A stretch of 64,000 nt of DNA from Octopus vulgaris. Its lineage: Eukaryota. Under the pieces are notes generated by a model. That model was not told where the DNA came from. It made no database searches and saw nothing but the letters and a program-made list of their open reading frames with translations. The stretch is taken from the NCBI GenBank assembly GCA_951406725.2, contig OX597814.1:170004001-170068000 (forward strand). The letters run 5' to 3'. The position numbers and the translations under genes were made by a program. This document shows, one piece after another, positions 12,229 to 25,216 of this stretch (position 1 is its first letter; the number at the start of each line of letters is the position of its first letter).

Positions 12229-13374
12229 TATGCGACTTGAAGAAAGTTTGGTCAGTATTTATTAGTCTAAAGACCATCTAGAAACTTTCTCATTTGTCCT
12301 CCTTCACTCCATAGACTGATGGCTTTAATATTTTGGTAATTAAACTTTTGCCAATCAAGGAAATGCCATGGATCTGTTATGGTGGTTACCATGGATCAAT
12401 CATGACCTGATAATGTGGAAAGAAAAGGTTTTATTAAAAATGATTCAGAAATTAATCAATGTCTCTCAAATCAATTTCCAGCCCTACCCAATTCCTCCCA
12501 TCCTTTATTCCCTCTACTTTCATCTCCATGCATAAAGTTGCTTCTCTCAATGCTCTTGCAAGCCGCATGGTAACGTTACTAGTACTGGTGGCATAAAAAG
12601 GAAGGGCATCTAACTGCAGAAACCATATCAAAGCAGATACTGAAACACAATGCAATCATTGTGCCCATCGGATCCAGCACAGAAAATGGACATTAAATGA
12701 CGATGATGATGATGACGATGACGACGACGATGACGATAATGATGATGATGATGATGATTCATTTAACATCTGCTTTCTATGCAAGCATGGGTTGGATGGT
12801 TTAACAGGAGCTGGGAAACCAGAGGGTTGCACCAGACCCCAATCGTCTGTTTTGGCATGGTTTCTATGGCTGGATGCCCCTCCTAATGCCAACCATTTTA
12901 CAAAGTGTACAGGGTGATTTTTATGAGACACCAACATAAATGCTTTTTACATGTTGCAGGCACAAGGTGCATTTTTACATAACACTAGCACAGGTGCTCT
13001 TTACATGATGCTGACATGGGTCCTCTTTGTGTAATGCCAGCAGAGGAGCTTCTAATGTGTCACTAACATAGGTAGTTTTTACATGGCACTGTTAAATGAA
13101 TATTCTTAAAGCTTCTCAAATGAGTATTCTTAGACCTTTGCTTGTTTCTGTTTTTGCATTTTTCTATCTATTTTCAGTACAAACATGGACAAGATGTTTT
13201 GTCCTTACTGCAGATAGTTGGAACTGAGAGGTTGTACAAGTTAAATAGCCTTTTTTATCATTGATTAGTCAACCTTAAAGTCAACTACATAGTTGAAAGT
13301 TCTCTGAGGACCTTGAATTTTTTAAAGATGCATGAGTGGTGTAAATTGCAGTATTCCAGCCGAAAATATCGGGT

Positions 13375-14162
13375 TCACATTTTGACACAAGGCCAGTATT
13401 TTCGTGGGGTGGGTTAAGTCAATTACATCGACCCCAGTGCTCAAATGGTACTTACTTTATTGACCTCAAAAGAAGGAAAGGCAAAGTCAACCTCAGCAGG
13501 ATTTGAACTAAGAACGTAAAGACAGACAAAATGCAACAAAGCATTTTGACCAGTATGCTAACGATTCCGCCAGCTCACCACATTATTCCAGAGGAAACTA
13601 TTCTCTTCTACTTCTAGGCACAAGGCCTGAAATTTTGTGGGAGGGTGCCAGTCGATTAGATCGATTCCAGTACACAACTGGTACTTAATTTATCAACCCC
13701 GAAAGAATGAAAGGCAAAGTCGACCTCGACAGAATTTGAACTCAGAACATAAAGACAGACAAACTACTGCTAAGCATTTTGCCCAGCATGCTAATGTTTC
13801 TTATTACTCTACTGTCCGCAAGGGGCTACACATAGAGGGGACAAACAAGGACAGAGAAATGGATTAAAACGATTATTTGGCAGTGTTTCTACAGCTGGAT
13901 GCCCTTCCTAATGCCAACTACTCCGTGAGTGTTTCTTTATTGCCCACAGGGATCTAAACACAGAAAGGACAAACAAGGACAGACAAAGGGATTAAGTCGA
14001 TTACATCAACCTCAGTGCATAACTGGCACTTATTTAATCAACCCCGAAAGGATGAAAGGCAAAGTCGACCTCGGTGGAATTTGAACTCAGAACATAGCAG
14101 CAGACGAAATACCACTAAGCATTTTGCCTGGTGTGCTAACATTTCTGCCAGCTCGCCACCTT
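13375..14162 (-). mobile_element. Cluster of three family B SINE copies
   Basis: Repeated ctggtacttaatttatcaaccccgaaaggatgaaaggcaaagtcgacctc...gccagctcgccacc. Confidence 0.85.
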
Positions 14163-14666
14163 CCCAGATGAAAATATTGAGATTCCATTGGGGAAAGTGT
14201 CTTGCAGTTGAAGATTTCTTTGCCTTTGTTTACACTGTTTTGGCTAGATATATCATTATTACTTATTTTTGGTTTAATGTAGATATTAAGGATGCTGATC
14301 TTGAATTAATGTAAGACTATTAATGTTATGCCATAAATTGTATTTTATACAATATTATTTTTTTCTTGTTATCAGATGTGGTAGGGAAATCAGGTTAGTG
14401 AACTGTTAAAGGGGAATAAATAGGTTAAGGCGATTCTATATAAAGGTTGTAGCTGTTTGAAATTGTAACTGATTATTCATTAGTCTGACACTTCAGCTGT
14501 AGAGTAATTGTTTTAAGAGACATATTCCATTATAGCAATCATTATAGATAATAAAAAAGAAAAATATGAAGGGTAATGGATAGTGGAATTAGTAGAAGCT
14601 CAGACTAAATATCTTGTGGTATTTTAGTTAAGTCATATCTTTTTTTCTGAGTTTAGATCCCAGTAA

Positions 14667-15409
14667 AGAAACTTTTTATCAGTTGCATATAAAAATGTAA
14701 TAGGTACATATTGAGCATACTGGAGAATTGTCAGCGGTCTAGAGTAAAAGAGGGAGAAGCTAAAGGTAGTAAACAGTGAGTAAATTTGATTAGAACCTAC
14801 AGAGAAAGAACTGAAGATGAACTTCTAGATATTTGCAATGATCATCATCATCATCATTGTCGTCGTCGTCATCATCATCATCATCATCATCGTTTAACAT
14901 CCGCTTTCCATGCTAGCATGGGTTGGACGATTTGACTGTGGACTGGCGAACCAGGCTCCAATCTGATCTGGCAGAGTTCTACAGCTGGATGCCCTTCCTA
15001 ACGCCAACCACTCCGAGAGTGTAGCGGGTGTTTTTATGTTTTAGCTCTTTTGGATAACAAACTTTTAACTTAGCTTCAACTGAAGAATCTAGAGTGTTTT
15101 TTTACAAAATGAAAGGTGATTACCATCACTACTTGACAGAATTTGCCCCTGGGGAGGAGTGTAAGGATGTTGCTAACAATAGTATAATTGCCAACAAATT
15201 GGCAAGTGAACATACCATTAAGGACCCACATGATACAATTAGACTTGGCACTCAATTTCTTTGTTGTCTATTATCAGATCTTCAATACACCTGGCCCTGC
15301 TTGTCAACTGGCCAAGTCTGCATTTGATGAAGCAACTGCTGAGTTGGATACACTGAGTAAAGAGAGCTACAAAGACTCCACCCTTATAACGCAGCTACTG
15401 AGAGACAAC
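14667..15409 (+). pseudogene. Processed 14-3-3 (epsilon-like) pseudogene, 5'-truncated, interrupted by an RTE-tail repeat
   Basis: Reads RNFLSVAYKNVIGTY*AYWRIVSGLE*K ... ELLDICND | VLALLD ... ESRVFFYKMKGDYHHYLTEFA ... [59 protein letters not shown]. Hallmark 14-3-3 motifs with stops, frameshifts and no introns. Confidence 0.95.
14843..15037 (-). mobile_element. RTE-type LINE 3' tail fragment (family D) inserted in the pseudogene
   Basis: (CAT)n-cgtttaacatccgctttccatgctagcatgggttgg...; the same tail ends the RTE fragment at 21277-21915. Confidence 0.85.
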
Positions 15410-15696
15410 CAGCCTGCAGTCATTCTGCCTTTCAGCCATATAAGTTGTACAATGGTGTCAATAATAAAGTACATGTAGTGTATGCAGGAGATTTGAAATA
15501 AGGACACCTACCTTCTCTTTGTCGACGCAGACCTCTCCAGTGGTAATGCACCCTTTCATGTGGCCTGACCTGAATGCTAGAAATAGCAGCTGCTTTTCCC
15601 CTACCTTGACAAAGTGCTCACACGTCCTACTCTGTCAGCTACCCCGATCGAAAAGACCCAATGCTCCCCTGCCTGTGCGCGCGTCACTCCTGCCCC

Positions 15697-15748
15697 TTCC
15701 GGTCAGCCCCAGGTTCCGGTCAGCCCCAAGTTCCGGTCAGCTCCCCAG
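15697..15748. repeat. 17-bp tandem repeat x3 (ttccggtcagcccca(g/a)g) in a short CpG-rich patch
   Basis: Direct reading of the sequence. Confidence 0.85.
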
Positions 15749-16637
15749 CTGCTGAGGTCATCCCACAGTACAAACCAAATACTGTGGTTGTTTTAATTGA
15801 TCACTGGTCCCCTTTGTGATATTTGTGAATACATACTTGTGTTAAATGCAGTTATTTCCACCATTTACTCATGAAGAAAAGAAGAAGCTCTGCATTAGGA
15901 ATTGGTAAAATACCTGACCAAAAATAAAAAAAAACATGCAGTGTTCATTTCCATCATTTTACATTCTAATTTCAAATTCTGCTAGAGTAGACTTTACCTT
16001 TTAATCTTCTCAGGCCAGTGGTGAAGAAAATAAAGGACCAGTAAAATACTAGGGCTATGGATTTAATTGACTGTTCTTCTCCCTGTCCTATACTTTGTTG
16101 GGCTAAAGCTGTCATCATCATCATTTTAATGCCAGCTTTTTCATGTGTGTATGTGTCAGATGGAATTCATTGAGGCAGATTTCCCACAGCCAAATACTGA
16201 CTTCATCTCAGAATCCATTTGTACTATTTGTTTGTTTCGTATATATTACCATTGTTGCTATTTGCATCCTCTGCAGTGGTATTCACAATGCACTTGGACA
16301 TGCATCCACAATAGTTCTTCAGGGGAATACTTTTTTTTTACTTTGTGTTAACACTGAATCTGCCAAGCAAACAAATGGGTGTAAACTGTTTCTTGTATTT
16401 AGCATAAACTGGAAAGATTCCGAAAAACAAGTATCAAGCAACAATAAAACAAAACAATAGCTGTTTGAGAATTAATTTAAATTAGGGAAGAGAGTAATTT
16501 CAGCTCAAATGTCAAAACATTTTACATTTTCTGTTTAAGAATTTTCTTTCATTGAATATTTTTAAATCAAAGCTTCAGTGATTCATTCTGTCCAGTTGTA
16601 TGCCATAATGAGTAGTACACTGTTTGACAATACATAT

Positions 16638-16686
16638 ACATCGTCATTGTCATCATCGTCGTCATCAATCATCATCAATCATCATC

Positions 16687-16775
<89 letters not shown>

Positions 16776-16898
16776 ATCACCATCAATCATCATCAATCGT
16801 CATTTTCATCATCATCAATCATCATCAATCATCATCTTCATCATCATCAATCACCATCAATCATGATCAATCATCATCACCATCATCATCATCATCAT
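16638..16898. repeat. (ATC)n microsatellite forming the tail of a family D fragment (16895-17185, minus)
   Basis: Direct reading; followed by ttaatgtctgttgtccatgctggcatgggttgg. Confidence 0.9.
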
Positions 16899-17209
16899 TT
16901 AATGTCTGTTGTCCATGCTGGCATGGGTTGGATAGTTTGACTGGCTAGAAGGTTGCACCACACTCCAATCTGATTTGGCATGGTTTTTTTTTTGACTGGA
17001 TGCCCTTCCTAATGCCAACAAATCTGAGAGTGTAATGGGTTCTTTTACATGTCACTAGTACAGGTGCCATTTGCATGACACCGGTATCTGCCATGACTGT
17101 GATTTTGCTTGGCTTGATGGGTCTTCTTCTCAAGCATGACATGATGCCAAAAGTCTTGGTCATTGTCTCCGTGAGGCCCAACACTATATAAAGATAAATA
17201 TAGATATAG

Positions 17210-17242
<33 letters not shown>

Positions 17243-17272
17243 TGTATGTATGTATGTATGCATATATGTATG

Positions 17273-17304
<32 letters not shown>

Positions 17305-17311
17305 TGTATGT

Positions 17312-17860
17312 ATGTTAACACAAAAATTCCAGACACACAGATCCTGAGGACAGCTGATATCTTGAGTATTGAGGCGATGGTACACAAGCACCGGTTGCGT
17401 TGGACTGGACACCTTATTAGAATGGAGGATAGAAGGATTCCTAAGCAGATGCTCTATGGAGAACTTGTGAATGGAAGGAGACTCCGGCAGAAACCAAGGC
17501 TACGATTTAAGGACTGTGTCAAGTCCTCGTTAAAGGCTTTTGATATACAGGACACTGACTGGAAGAACAATGCCTGTCATCGCCTCAGATGGAGAAAGCA
17601 GGTTAAGGAGGGGATCGACACTTTTGAGAGAGCACGTATCCAGCATGAAGAACTTAAGTGAGCTGTGCGAAAGTGCACGGCTCGTATAGTGAATGGGGAA
17701 AGCTTGGTCTGCAATGTTTGCAGTCGTGTATGCTTGTCAAGAGCAGGGCTCATTAGCCACCAACGGAGCCACAAATGCAAAATATAAGTTCATCCTAGAG
17801 TGCACAATGTTCCTGAAGGTCGGCAATGGTCTTCCTCGGTCACAAGTGGATGGCCATCAT
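17312..17860 (+). mobile_element. RTE-clade LINE 3' fragment (ORF C-terminus with C2H2 finger), flanked by (TATG)n
   Basis: IEAMVHKHRLRWTGHLIRMEDRRIPKQMLYGEL...PRLRFKDCVK...WRKQVKEG, then CNVCSRVCLSRAGLISHQRSH. Confidence 0.9.
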
Positions 17861-17955
17861 GTATGTATGTATGTATGTATGTATGTATGTATGTATGTAT
17901 GTATGTATGTATGTATGTATGTATGTATGTATGCATATATGTATGTATGCATATG

Positions 17956-17989
<34 letters not shown>

Positions 17990-18185
17990 TGTATATGTTG
18001 TCATGTTAGTGCCACATAAAAAAGCACCCAGTACACTCTGTGGAGTGGTTGGCATTAGGAAGTGCATCCAGCTATAGAAATCATGCTAGAAAATACAATG
18101 GAGTTTGGTGCAGCCCCTGGCCTTACCAGCTCCAGCCAATTGTCCAATCTATGCTAGCATGGAAAATGGATGTTAAATGATGATA

Positions 18186-18219
<34 letters not shown>

Positions 18220-18419
18220 ATATGTGTGCACGCATGCACATGTATGTGTGTGCATATGATTACACCTCACTTGCTTTGTGGAGTAAAAAATCCCTTAAGT
18301 GAAAATCTAATGAAAGTTAGGGATGGGCAGAACATCCCTTTTCAATAACATATCAGTTTTACCATGCAAACATTACAAAATAGGCATAAAATAAACACTT
18401 AAACAGATATTTTGTGTAT

Positions 18420-18452
<33 letters not shown>

Positions 18453-18454
<2 letters not shown>

Positions 18455-19322
18455 GTATGTGATGGGTAAATTATCGACATTTTATATTGTTAATTTTACA
18501 CATGCACATTGTTTGTTTGGGATTTTGTCAACTACATAGTATTGTAGGGTCAGTTGGGCACCATCTGTGAGAAAAACAGCACCATGATGCAATTCACACT
18601 GCCAGAAATTTGGCAACATCATGCTGCACTGCTTGGCATTCAAGCTGGAAACTCCAATACAAACATTACTGAGTGTTTGGGCCTCAATCTGAAGACAAGT
18701 ACCAAAAGTGATAAAAATCAAACATCCAACCAACGTCATGGTGTTTGGAGTGATCACTAGTGATGACAACATTCCTCCATTTATCTTCCCACACAACCAC
18801 AGGCTCAATACAGAGATCTACATCAAGTGCCTAGAGGCAGTAGTGCTGCGCTGGGTGAAGAAGGTGGCTGCTGGAACACCTTATGCTTGGCAACAGGACT
18901 CTGCACCATGCCACACAAGCTGAAGAATCCAGTTATGGCTGTCAGACAATTTCTGCGACCACATCACCCCTAACATCTGGCCACCTAACTCCCCAGACTG
19001 CAACCCCTTTGATTATTATGTGTGGGTAGCAGTTGAGCGAGAGACCAACAAAACTCCTTGTAACACCAAAGATAGACTGAAGGCAAGGATTATGGCCACA
19101 TTCACCAACTGAAACAAAGAGACCATCCAGAAGAGTTGCAGGAGATTCTGAAGTCATCTGGAGGCTGTGGTCGGAGCCAATGGCGAATTTATTGAATAAA
19201 TCTACTCTTTAGTATTTCAAGATATTTTAATGTAATTTTGGTAAATATATTCATTAAAATGAGATGTCAGTGTTATTTTCATTTTTGTGTAATTTAGTTG
19301 ACAGTTTATTCATTACACCCTG
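18453..19322 (+). mobile_element. Internally deleted DD37D (maT-type) Tc1/mariner element
   Basis: TA-flanked TIRs. Encodes KHPTNVMVFGVITSD...WQQDSAPCHTS...WPPNSPDCNPFD, with 37 codons counted between the 2nd and 3rd catalytic D. Confidence 0.9.
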
Positions 19323-19802
19323 TATATATGCTTATATATCACTTTACTTCATTAACACTAGGATATTGACACTCTCATGATAGATCTTTCCTAGTCCAGG
19401 ATTTGTTGTATTCGGAAAAACAAATTGGATTAGCTTCCAGTTTCCAGCTCAAGAGCATCATGATGACTTTGAATTATTACCCGAAGGTAACCAAACATTG
19501 CTTTGTTAATCAACAGTGTTAGTGTTTACAGAGATAACTGAGAGTTTTGTCTGTAAGCAAATTGAAATAGCTTTCACAGTGCACAAATTCTTCAATATTC
19601 TTGTAGGTGATCCATAATCCATCATTTTAGCACAAGTATGTGCTGCTATGAATCTAGTATCTATTCATCTATGTCAACATATATGTACGTGTGTGTGTAC
19701 ATACATACATACGTATACACATACATACACACATATACAGATGATAGATAGACAGATAGACAGATAGACAGATAGATAGATAGATAGATAAACAGATAGA
19801 TT

Positions 19803-19838
<36 letters not shown>

Positions 19839-19867
19839 CATACATACATACATATATACATACATTC

Positions 19868-20432
19868 ATACATGGTGGCTGCCCCCTTGTTATCGAGTAT
19901 GGCCATTGCACGAAGCTTAATCAATGTTGTTATCATGCAAAGCCTGTGCAAGAAGATTTTTTTTAAAGTGAGGAAAAGCTGTGCTCTGAGTCAATCCCAC
20001 TCACTAAGCAACAGCAGCCATAATCTGAAAAGAAGAACAAATCAACATCATCGGTAACCACTGATCCACAGGTTTTATTTTGGTGTTATCTCAGTTACCT
20101 GAGTTACCTTCTCCTAGAAGGATGCCCTAACAAAGGCTAGGAGTCCTTCACTCCCAATGGTTTAACCGCGCGATCGGGTATTCAGTCCGATTATTTCTAT
20201 GTCCCCACACATGATACAGCCTTAAGACATTTATTGGATGGCCATTGACTCTCAAGAGTTTCTCCACCCTTTGACAGGTTTTGTTTTTCATCCCGCAGGG
20301 TGACCAATAAACACCCTCCTCACCAAGCAAACTTGGTAGGGTTGCCAGTTTAGTCGCCGACAACCCGACCATGCAACAGGTTGTACTGGGTTATATGTTA
20401 CCAGTAGCACTCAAAAGTGACCTGACATAAAG
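19868..20432 (-). mobile_element. Non-autonomous bipartite RTE derivative (5'UTR-like + 3' end)
   Basis: The minus-strand 3' end caatggccatactcgataacaagggggcagccaccatgtatg resembles the RTE end at 17823-17865. No ORF; flanked by (TACA)n. Confidence 0.55.
20345..20422 (-). ncRNA. Candidate HDV-like ribozyme (degenerate)
   Basis: Minus strand: ggtcac(P1)...ccagt(P2)-aca(P3)-acctgt(L3)-tgc-atggtc(P1')-gg-gttgtcggcga-CTAA-actgg(P2'). Confidence 0.5.
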
Positions 20433-20572
20433 ATACATACATACATACATACATACATACATACATACATACATACATACATTCATACATATATACATAC
20501 AAACGTATATACATACATATATTGTTTACATATTAATTGACCAGTTGGAAGACAGATATGCATCTGCCACTA

Positions 20573-20630
20573 AGTCTGATGAGCCATCTATAAGGCCTAG
20601 TGCTTTATGGATGTGAAGCCATTGCTCACT
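20573..20630 (+). ncRNA. Degenerate hammerhead-like motif
   Basis: agt-CTGATGA-gc-catctataa...ttatggatg-t-GAA-gc-catt-gc-TC-act; one core A is missing. Confidence 0.5.
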
Positions 20631-20943
20631 CTATGGCCGGGCATATATTTAACTATTTGTAAATACTTTACTGCTCTATTCTTTAGAGTATGCTTCTTTT
20701 TTGGCTATATGATCCACTGATTATATATCTGGCTACCTCACATTATATAAAGGTGGGTGAGGGTAATTGGGAAGGAGATAAAGATGGTAGCGTTTGGGTG
20801 CCAATATTACATATACAGTAGTACTTTGGTTTCCAAACAACTCTGGTCATGAATAAATTGAGCTTTATCTCCTGTCTTTCTCATATTCATTTAATACAGC
20901 AGTACCTCAGTTTACGAATGCCTCTGATCACAAATAAATCATG

Positions 20944-20987
<44 letters not shown>

Positions 20988-21066
20988 TTCAAAATGTGAC
21001 CTTGTGTGGACTGTTGGCGATTTTTTTTCCTCTGTCTTCCCTTCTCTGGATCTTTCCTTCTCCTAT

Positions 21067-21101
21067 GTTTCCGACGAAGAGCTCCGCTTGAAACATTAAA
21101 C
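21067..21101 (+). ncRNA. Minimal hammerhead-like motif in a (TA)n-flanked Penelope-type fragment (about 20985-21200)
   Basis: gttt-CCGACGA-a-gagc-tcc-gctt-GAAAC-ATT-aaac; stems I and II pair, core is U4C variant. Confidence 0.6.
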
Positions 21102-21223
21102 CCTCCTTCTTTCCTTCTTTCCTGAGCGTCCAATAATACTTTATTTGTTCCATGTCCTCGCGTTGTTGTGTTTTTTTTGTGTTTTCTTGTTTGGATTAAC
21201 TATATATATATGTATGTATACAT

Positions 21224-21276
<53 letters not shown>

Positions 21277-21277
<1 letters not shown>

Positions 21278-21915
21278 TGGATGAGGAGAGATGTGTGAAG
21301 AAGTGCCACTCCCAAACTGTTGAAGGAATTCGTGGTAGAGGTAGACCCAGGAAGAATGGGATGAGGTGGTCAAGCATGACCTTTGTATGTTGGGCCACAC
21401 AGAGGCTATGACAAAAGACTGAGATTCTGGAGATATGAAGTGAGTTTATGGCTCACAGGACGGCCTGCTGTGCTAACCTTGGATCGTAGAGGGAATGCTG
21501 TGCTTGAGGAGATCTATTGTGTCAAGTACGTCAACATCAACATCAAAATAAAAATCAAATGAAAATTGTAATTAAGATACCTGTGCCTGTGGCAAGTAAA
21601 AAGCACCATCCGAACGTGGCTGATGCCAGCACCACCTGACAGGCGTCTGTGTTGGTGACATGTAAAATGCACCATTTGATCATGGCCATTTGCCAGCCTC
21701 CTCTGGCCCCTGTGCCGGTGGCATCTAAAAAGCACCCACTACATTCATGGAGTGGTTGGCGTTAGGAAGGGCATCCAGCTGTAGAAACACTGCCAGATCA
21801 GACTGGAGCCTGGCACAGCTTCCTGACTTCCCAGACCCCGGTCGAACCATCCAACCCATGCTAGCATGGAAAACAAACCTTAAACGATGATGATGATGTT
21901 GATGATAATGATAAA
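21277..21915 (+). mobile_element. RTE-type LINE 3' end (ORF remnant + long 3'UTR); parent of the family D tail fragments
   Basis: MDEERCVKKCHSQTVEGIRGRGRPRK...WDEVVKHDL, continuing to ccaacccatgctagcatggaaaa...(GAT)n. Confidence 0.85.
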
Positions 21916-23144
21916 GCACGATTTATTCATGATTAGAGTTGTTTGAAAACTGAGGTACTACCGTAGTTGTAAGATGGCAAATCGGCAGAATTGTTAACCG
22001 CACCAGGAAAAATGCTTCGTGGCATTTCTTCTAACTTTACGTTCTGAGTTCAAATACCACCAGGGTTGACTTTACCTTTCGTTCTTTCAGTGTCCACAAA
22101 AAAAGTACCAGTAGGACACCAGGGTCAATGTAATCAACTTATCCCTTTTCCTGAAATTGCTGGCCTTGTGCTATAGATTAGAAATCAATACTACATATAA
22201 TTCATTTGGTAACTAATGTTTTACTAAAGAAATTTTCAATTACATCTAAAATTCTATTTATTTCTGTATTTGTTTTGTGTCATAACTATATATTTAAACA
22301 AACATTTTTCAGAGTGTCTTTTGGTTACGTATTTGTGACTGCACTGGACCATGCAGTGATATATTTGTTTATTTTGATGACTGAAATTCTATACTATTTA
22401 CAGATGTATATGTAAATTTGAGTTTGTTATGTGACTTTGATAACTTTTTTTTTTTTTTCACAAAATTTAACAATCATAATACTTGTTTGACTCGCAGTTT
22501 GTAGTAAAATCTTTACCAAAAAAATAAAACAATTTCGAAATACAGCTGACTATGGTTTCAATGCAAAGCAAATACATTTCATTAAATAACTGCTAAAATA
22601 TTGGTGAGTTAGAGTAATAGCTCTAAGTTAAAATCAATAAGTTAAAAGCAAGTGCATACACACACACACACATACATGCACCCACACATATGCACACACA
22701 CACACAGACACGTGTGTGTATGCATTCACACATACACACAAATTCAATATATTTTCATTTTCAAATGTAAATTTTTTTTCTCCCAGAATTCATTATGTTT
22801 TCATCAATTTCCTGTTTGCTATTCCGAAAATTATAGATTTGAATCACACAAATTCTTATGATTGTTGGTTTAAAAACTATTTTCAAACTTAAACGAATAA
22901 TTATATTTACTTTCATAGTAACACACATTGTTAAAGTGCAGGAAAATAACTAGTCTATGATATATCCATGATATACAATCAAGGATATACTTTGTTTAAA
23001 CTGCAAGCAATTTACTTTTAAACTACTTGAAGAATAAAGACTAGCAGTTTCTTACACTTGATCTGGAAAAAAAATTGTTCAACAAAGGAAATTTATGCTT
23101 CACCGTTGAGATGAGAATAATGTTAAAACTTATCCAGACCTGCT

Positions 23145-23333
23145 CTTTTACTCTCTTTTACTCTTTTATTTGTTTCAGCCATTTGACTGTGGCCATGCTG
23201 GAGCACCGCCTTTAGTTGAGCAAATCGACGCCAGGACTTATTCTTTGTATCGGTCTTTTTGCCGAACCGCTATGTTACAGGGACGTAAACACACCAGCAT
23301 CAGTTGTCAAGCGATATTGGAGGGACAAACACA

Positions 23334-23375
<42 letters not shown>

Positions 23376-23545
23376 CATATATATGACGAACTTCTTTCAG
23401 TTTCCGTCTACCAAATCCACTCACAAGGCTTTGGTCGGCCCAAAGCTATAGTAGAAGACACTTGCCCAAGGTGCCATGCAGTGGGACTGAACCCGGAACC
23501 ATGTGGTTCATAAGCAAGCTACTTACCATACAGCCACTCCTACGT
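23145..23545 (-). mobile_element. SINE family A
   Basis: Collinear with 2106-2510. Confidence 0.9.
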
Positions 23546-23761
23546 CTCAAACATTTTTCAGAAAACTGAATATTTTATTTTATAATTAGGCACAGGCATG
23601 GCTTTGTGGTAAAAAACTTGCTTCCCAACAACCTGATTCTTGGTTCAGTCCCACTGCAATGCACCTTGGGCAAGTGTCTTCTACTACGGCCTCAGGCTGA
23701 CTAAAGCCTTGCAAGTGGGTTAGGAAGAAAGAAATTAAAAGAAACCCAGTGATAATATATA

Positions 23762-24611
23762 CAGGGTGCAGTGAACAAACTGTCATCTAAATTACACAAA
23801 TATGAAAATAACACAGACAGCTCATTTTAACAAATATTTGCCAAAATATCTTCAAATACTAAAGAGTAAATCTATTTAATAAAATCATCATTGGCTTCAA
23901 CCACGGCCTTTAGACAACTTCAGAATCTCCTGCCACTTTTCTGGATGGTCTCCTTGTTTAAGTTGGTGAATGCTGCCATAATCCTTGCCATCATTTTATT
24001 TTTGGTATTACAAGGAGTTTTGTTGGTCTCTCACTCAACTGCACCACACACGTGATAATCAAGAGGGTTTCAGTCTGGGGAGTTAGGTGGCCAGATGTTA
24101 GGGGTGAAATAGTTGAAGAAATTTTCTGACAGCCATGACTGCGTTCTCCTGCTCGTGTGACATGGTGCAGAGTCCTGTTGCCAGACATAGGGTCTTCCAG
24201 TAGCCACCCTCTTCATCCAGGACAGTATTACCTCATCCAGACACTTGATGTAGGCCTCCATGTTGAGTCTGAGGCAGTGTGAGAAGATGAATGAAGGCAT
24301 AATGTTGTCATCACTAGTGATCACTCCAAACACCATGATGTTGACTGGATGTTTGATTTTTATCACTTTTGGTACATGTTTGTATTGGGGTTTTTGGCAC
24401 TTCATATTGGAGCTTCCGGCTTGAATGCCAAGCAGTACAGCATGTCATTTACAAATTTCTGGCAGAGTGAATTATGTCATGGTGCTGTTTTTCTCACAGA
24501 TGGTGCCCAACCGACTCTACTGTACTGTGTAGTCAGCAAAATCAAAAACAAATAATGTGCCTGCATGAAATTAAAAATATAAAATGGTGACAATTTACCC
24601 ATTACACCCTG
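23762..24611 (-). mobile_element. Second internally deleted copy of the DD37D element
   Basis: TA-cagggtg...cattacaccctg-TA; ORF KHPVNIMVFGVITSD...WQQDSAPCHTSRRTQSWL...WPPNSPD. Confidence 0.9.
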
Positions 24612-24691
24612 TATGTATATACCTGCATGTGCATGTCTTAGAGTCTGTGATTGTCCCCCGACACTACTTGACAATCTGTGATGGTTTGTTT

Positions 24692-25062
24692 ACCACCTTT
24701 AGCCTTCTTTCAGATTTTGTCTACCAAATCTACTCACAAGTCTTTCATTGTCACAAGGATATATTAGAAAACACTTGCCCAAAGTGTCATGCAGTGAGAT
24801 TTAACCAGGAACCAAATGGTCAGGAAGCAAGCCTCTTACCACTCAACAACACCTGCACCTATTTTCATTTATTGGCATATACATGGAATATTTCAGTAAT
24901 AGAATGTCAACTCTATTTGTTCTTAAATGTCATCGCAATAGTTTTTCCCTGTGACTTTTGAGAGCAGTGAAAGTACTCTGGTTTCAATGTCAGTGTTATA
25001 TAATGGACTGGGCTGCTATCTCATTTTGTATTGTCCTACTACTTTTATGACGGTTATTATTT
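24692..25062 (+). repeat. About 370-bp local duplicate of 27107-27477
   Basis: Near-identical sequence from accacctttagccttctttcag to ggttattattt in both places. Confidence 0.95.
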
Positions 25063-25216
25063 GGCAGTTTGGCAAAAAGAGACTGACAGAATAAGTACCA
25101 GTCTTTAAAAAAGGTTAATTACTGGGGTTGATTCATTTGAATAAATGTTCCTGAAGCCACATTTTTTACTTCACCATATATGCATTTCTTTCACTCCAAC
25201 AAATATGCATTTCTTA

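Noticed and set aside
16578-16940. Poly-Ser/His/Met/Thr ORFs (also 30537-30932, 40992-41369) and YI/HT/CV-repeat ORFs throughout
   Set aside because: These are translations of (ATC)n, (ACC)n, (TA)n, (CA)n and (TATG)n microsatellites.
19450-19505. catgatga...ggtaaccaaacattgct hammerhead-like remnant (also lone CTGANGA boxes near 31825 and 51735)
   Set aside because: The core boxes are too degenerate or the partner GAAA box is missing.
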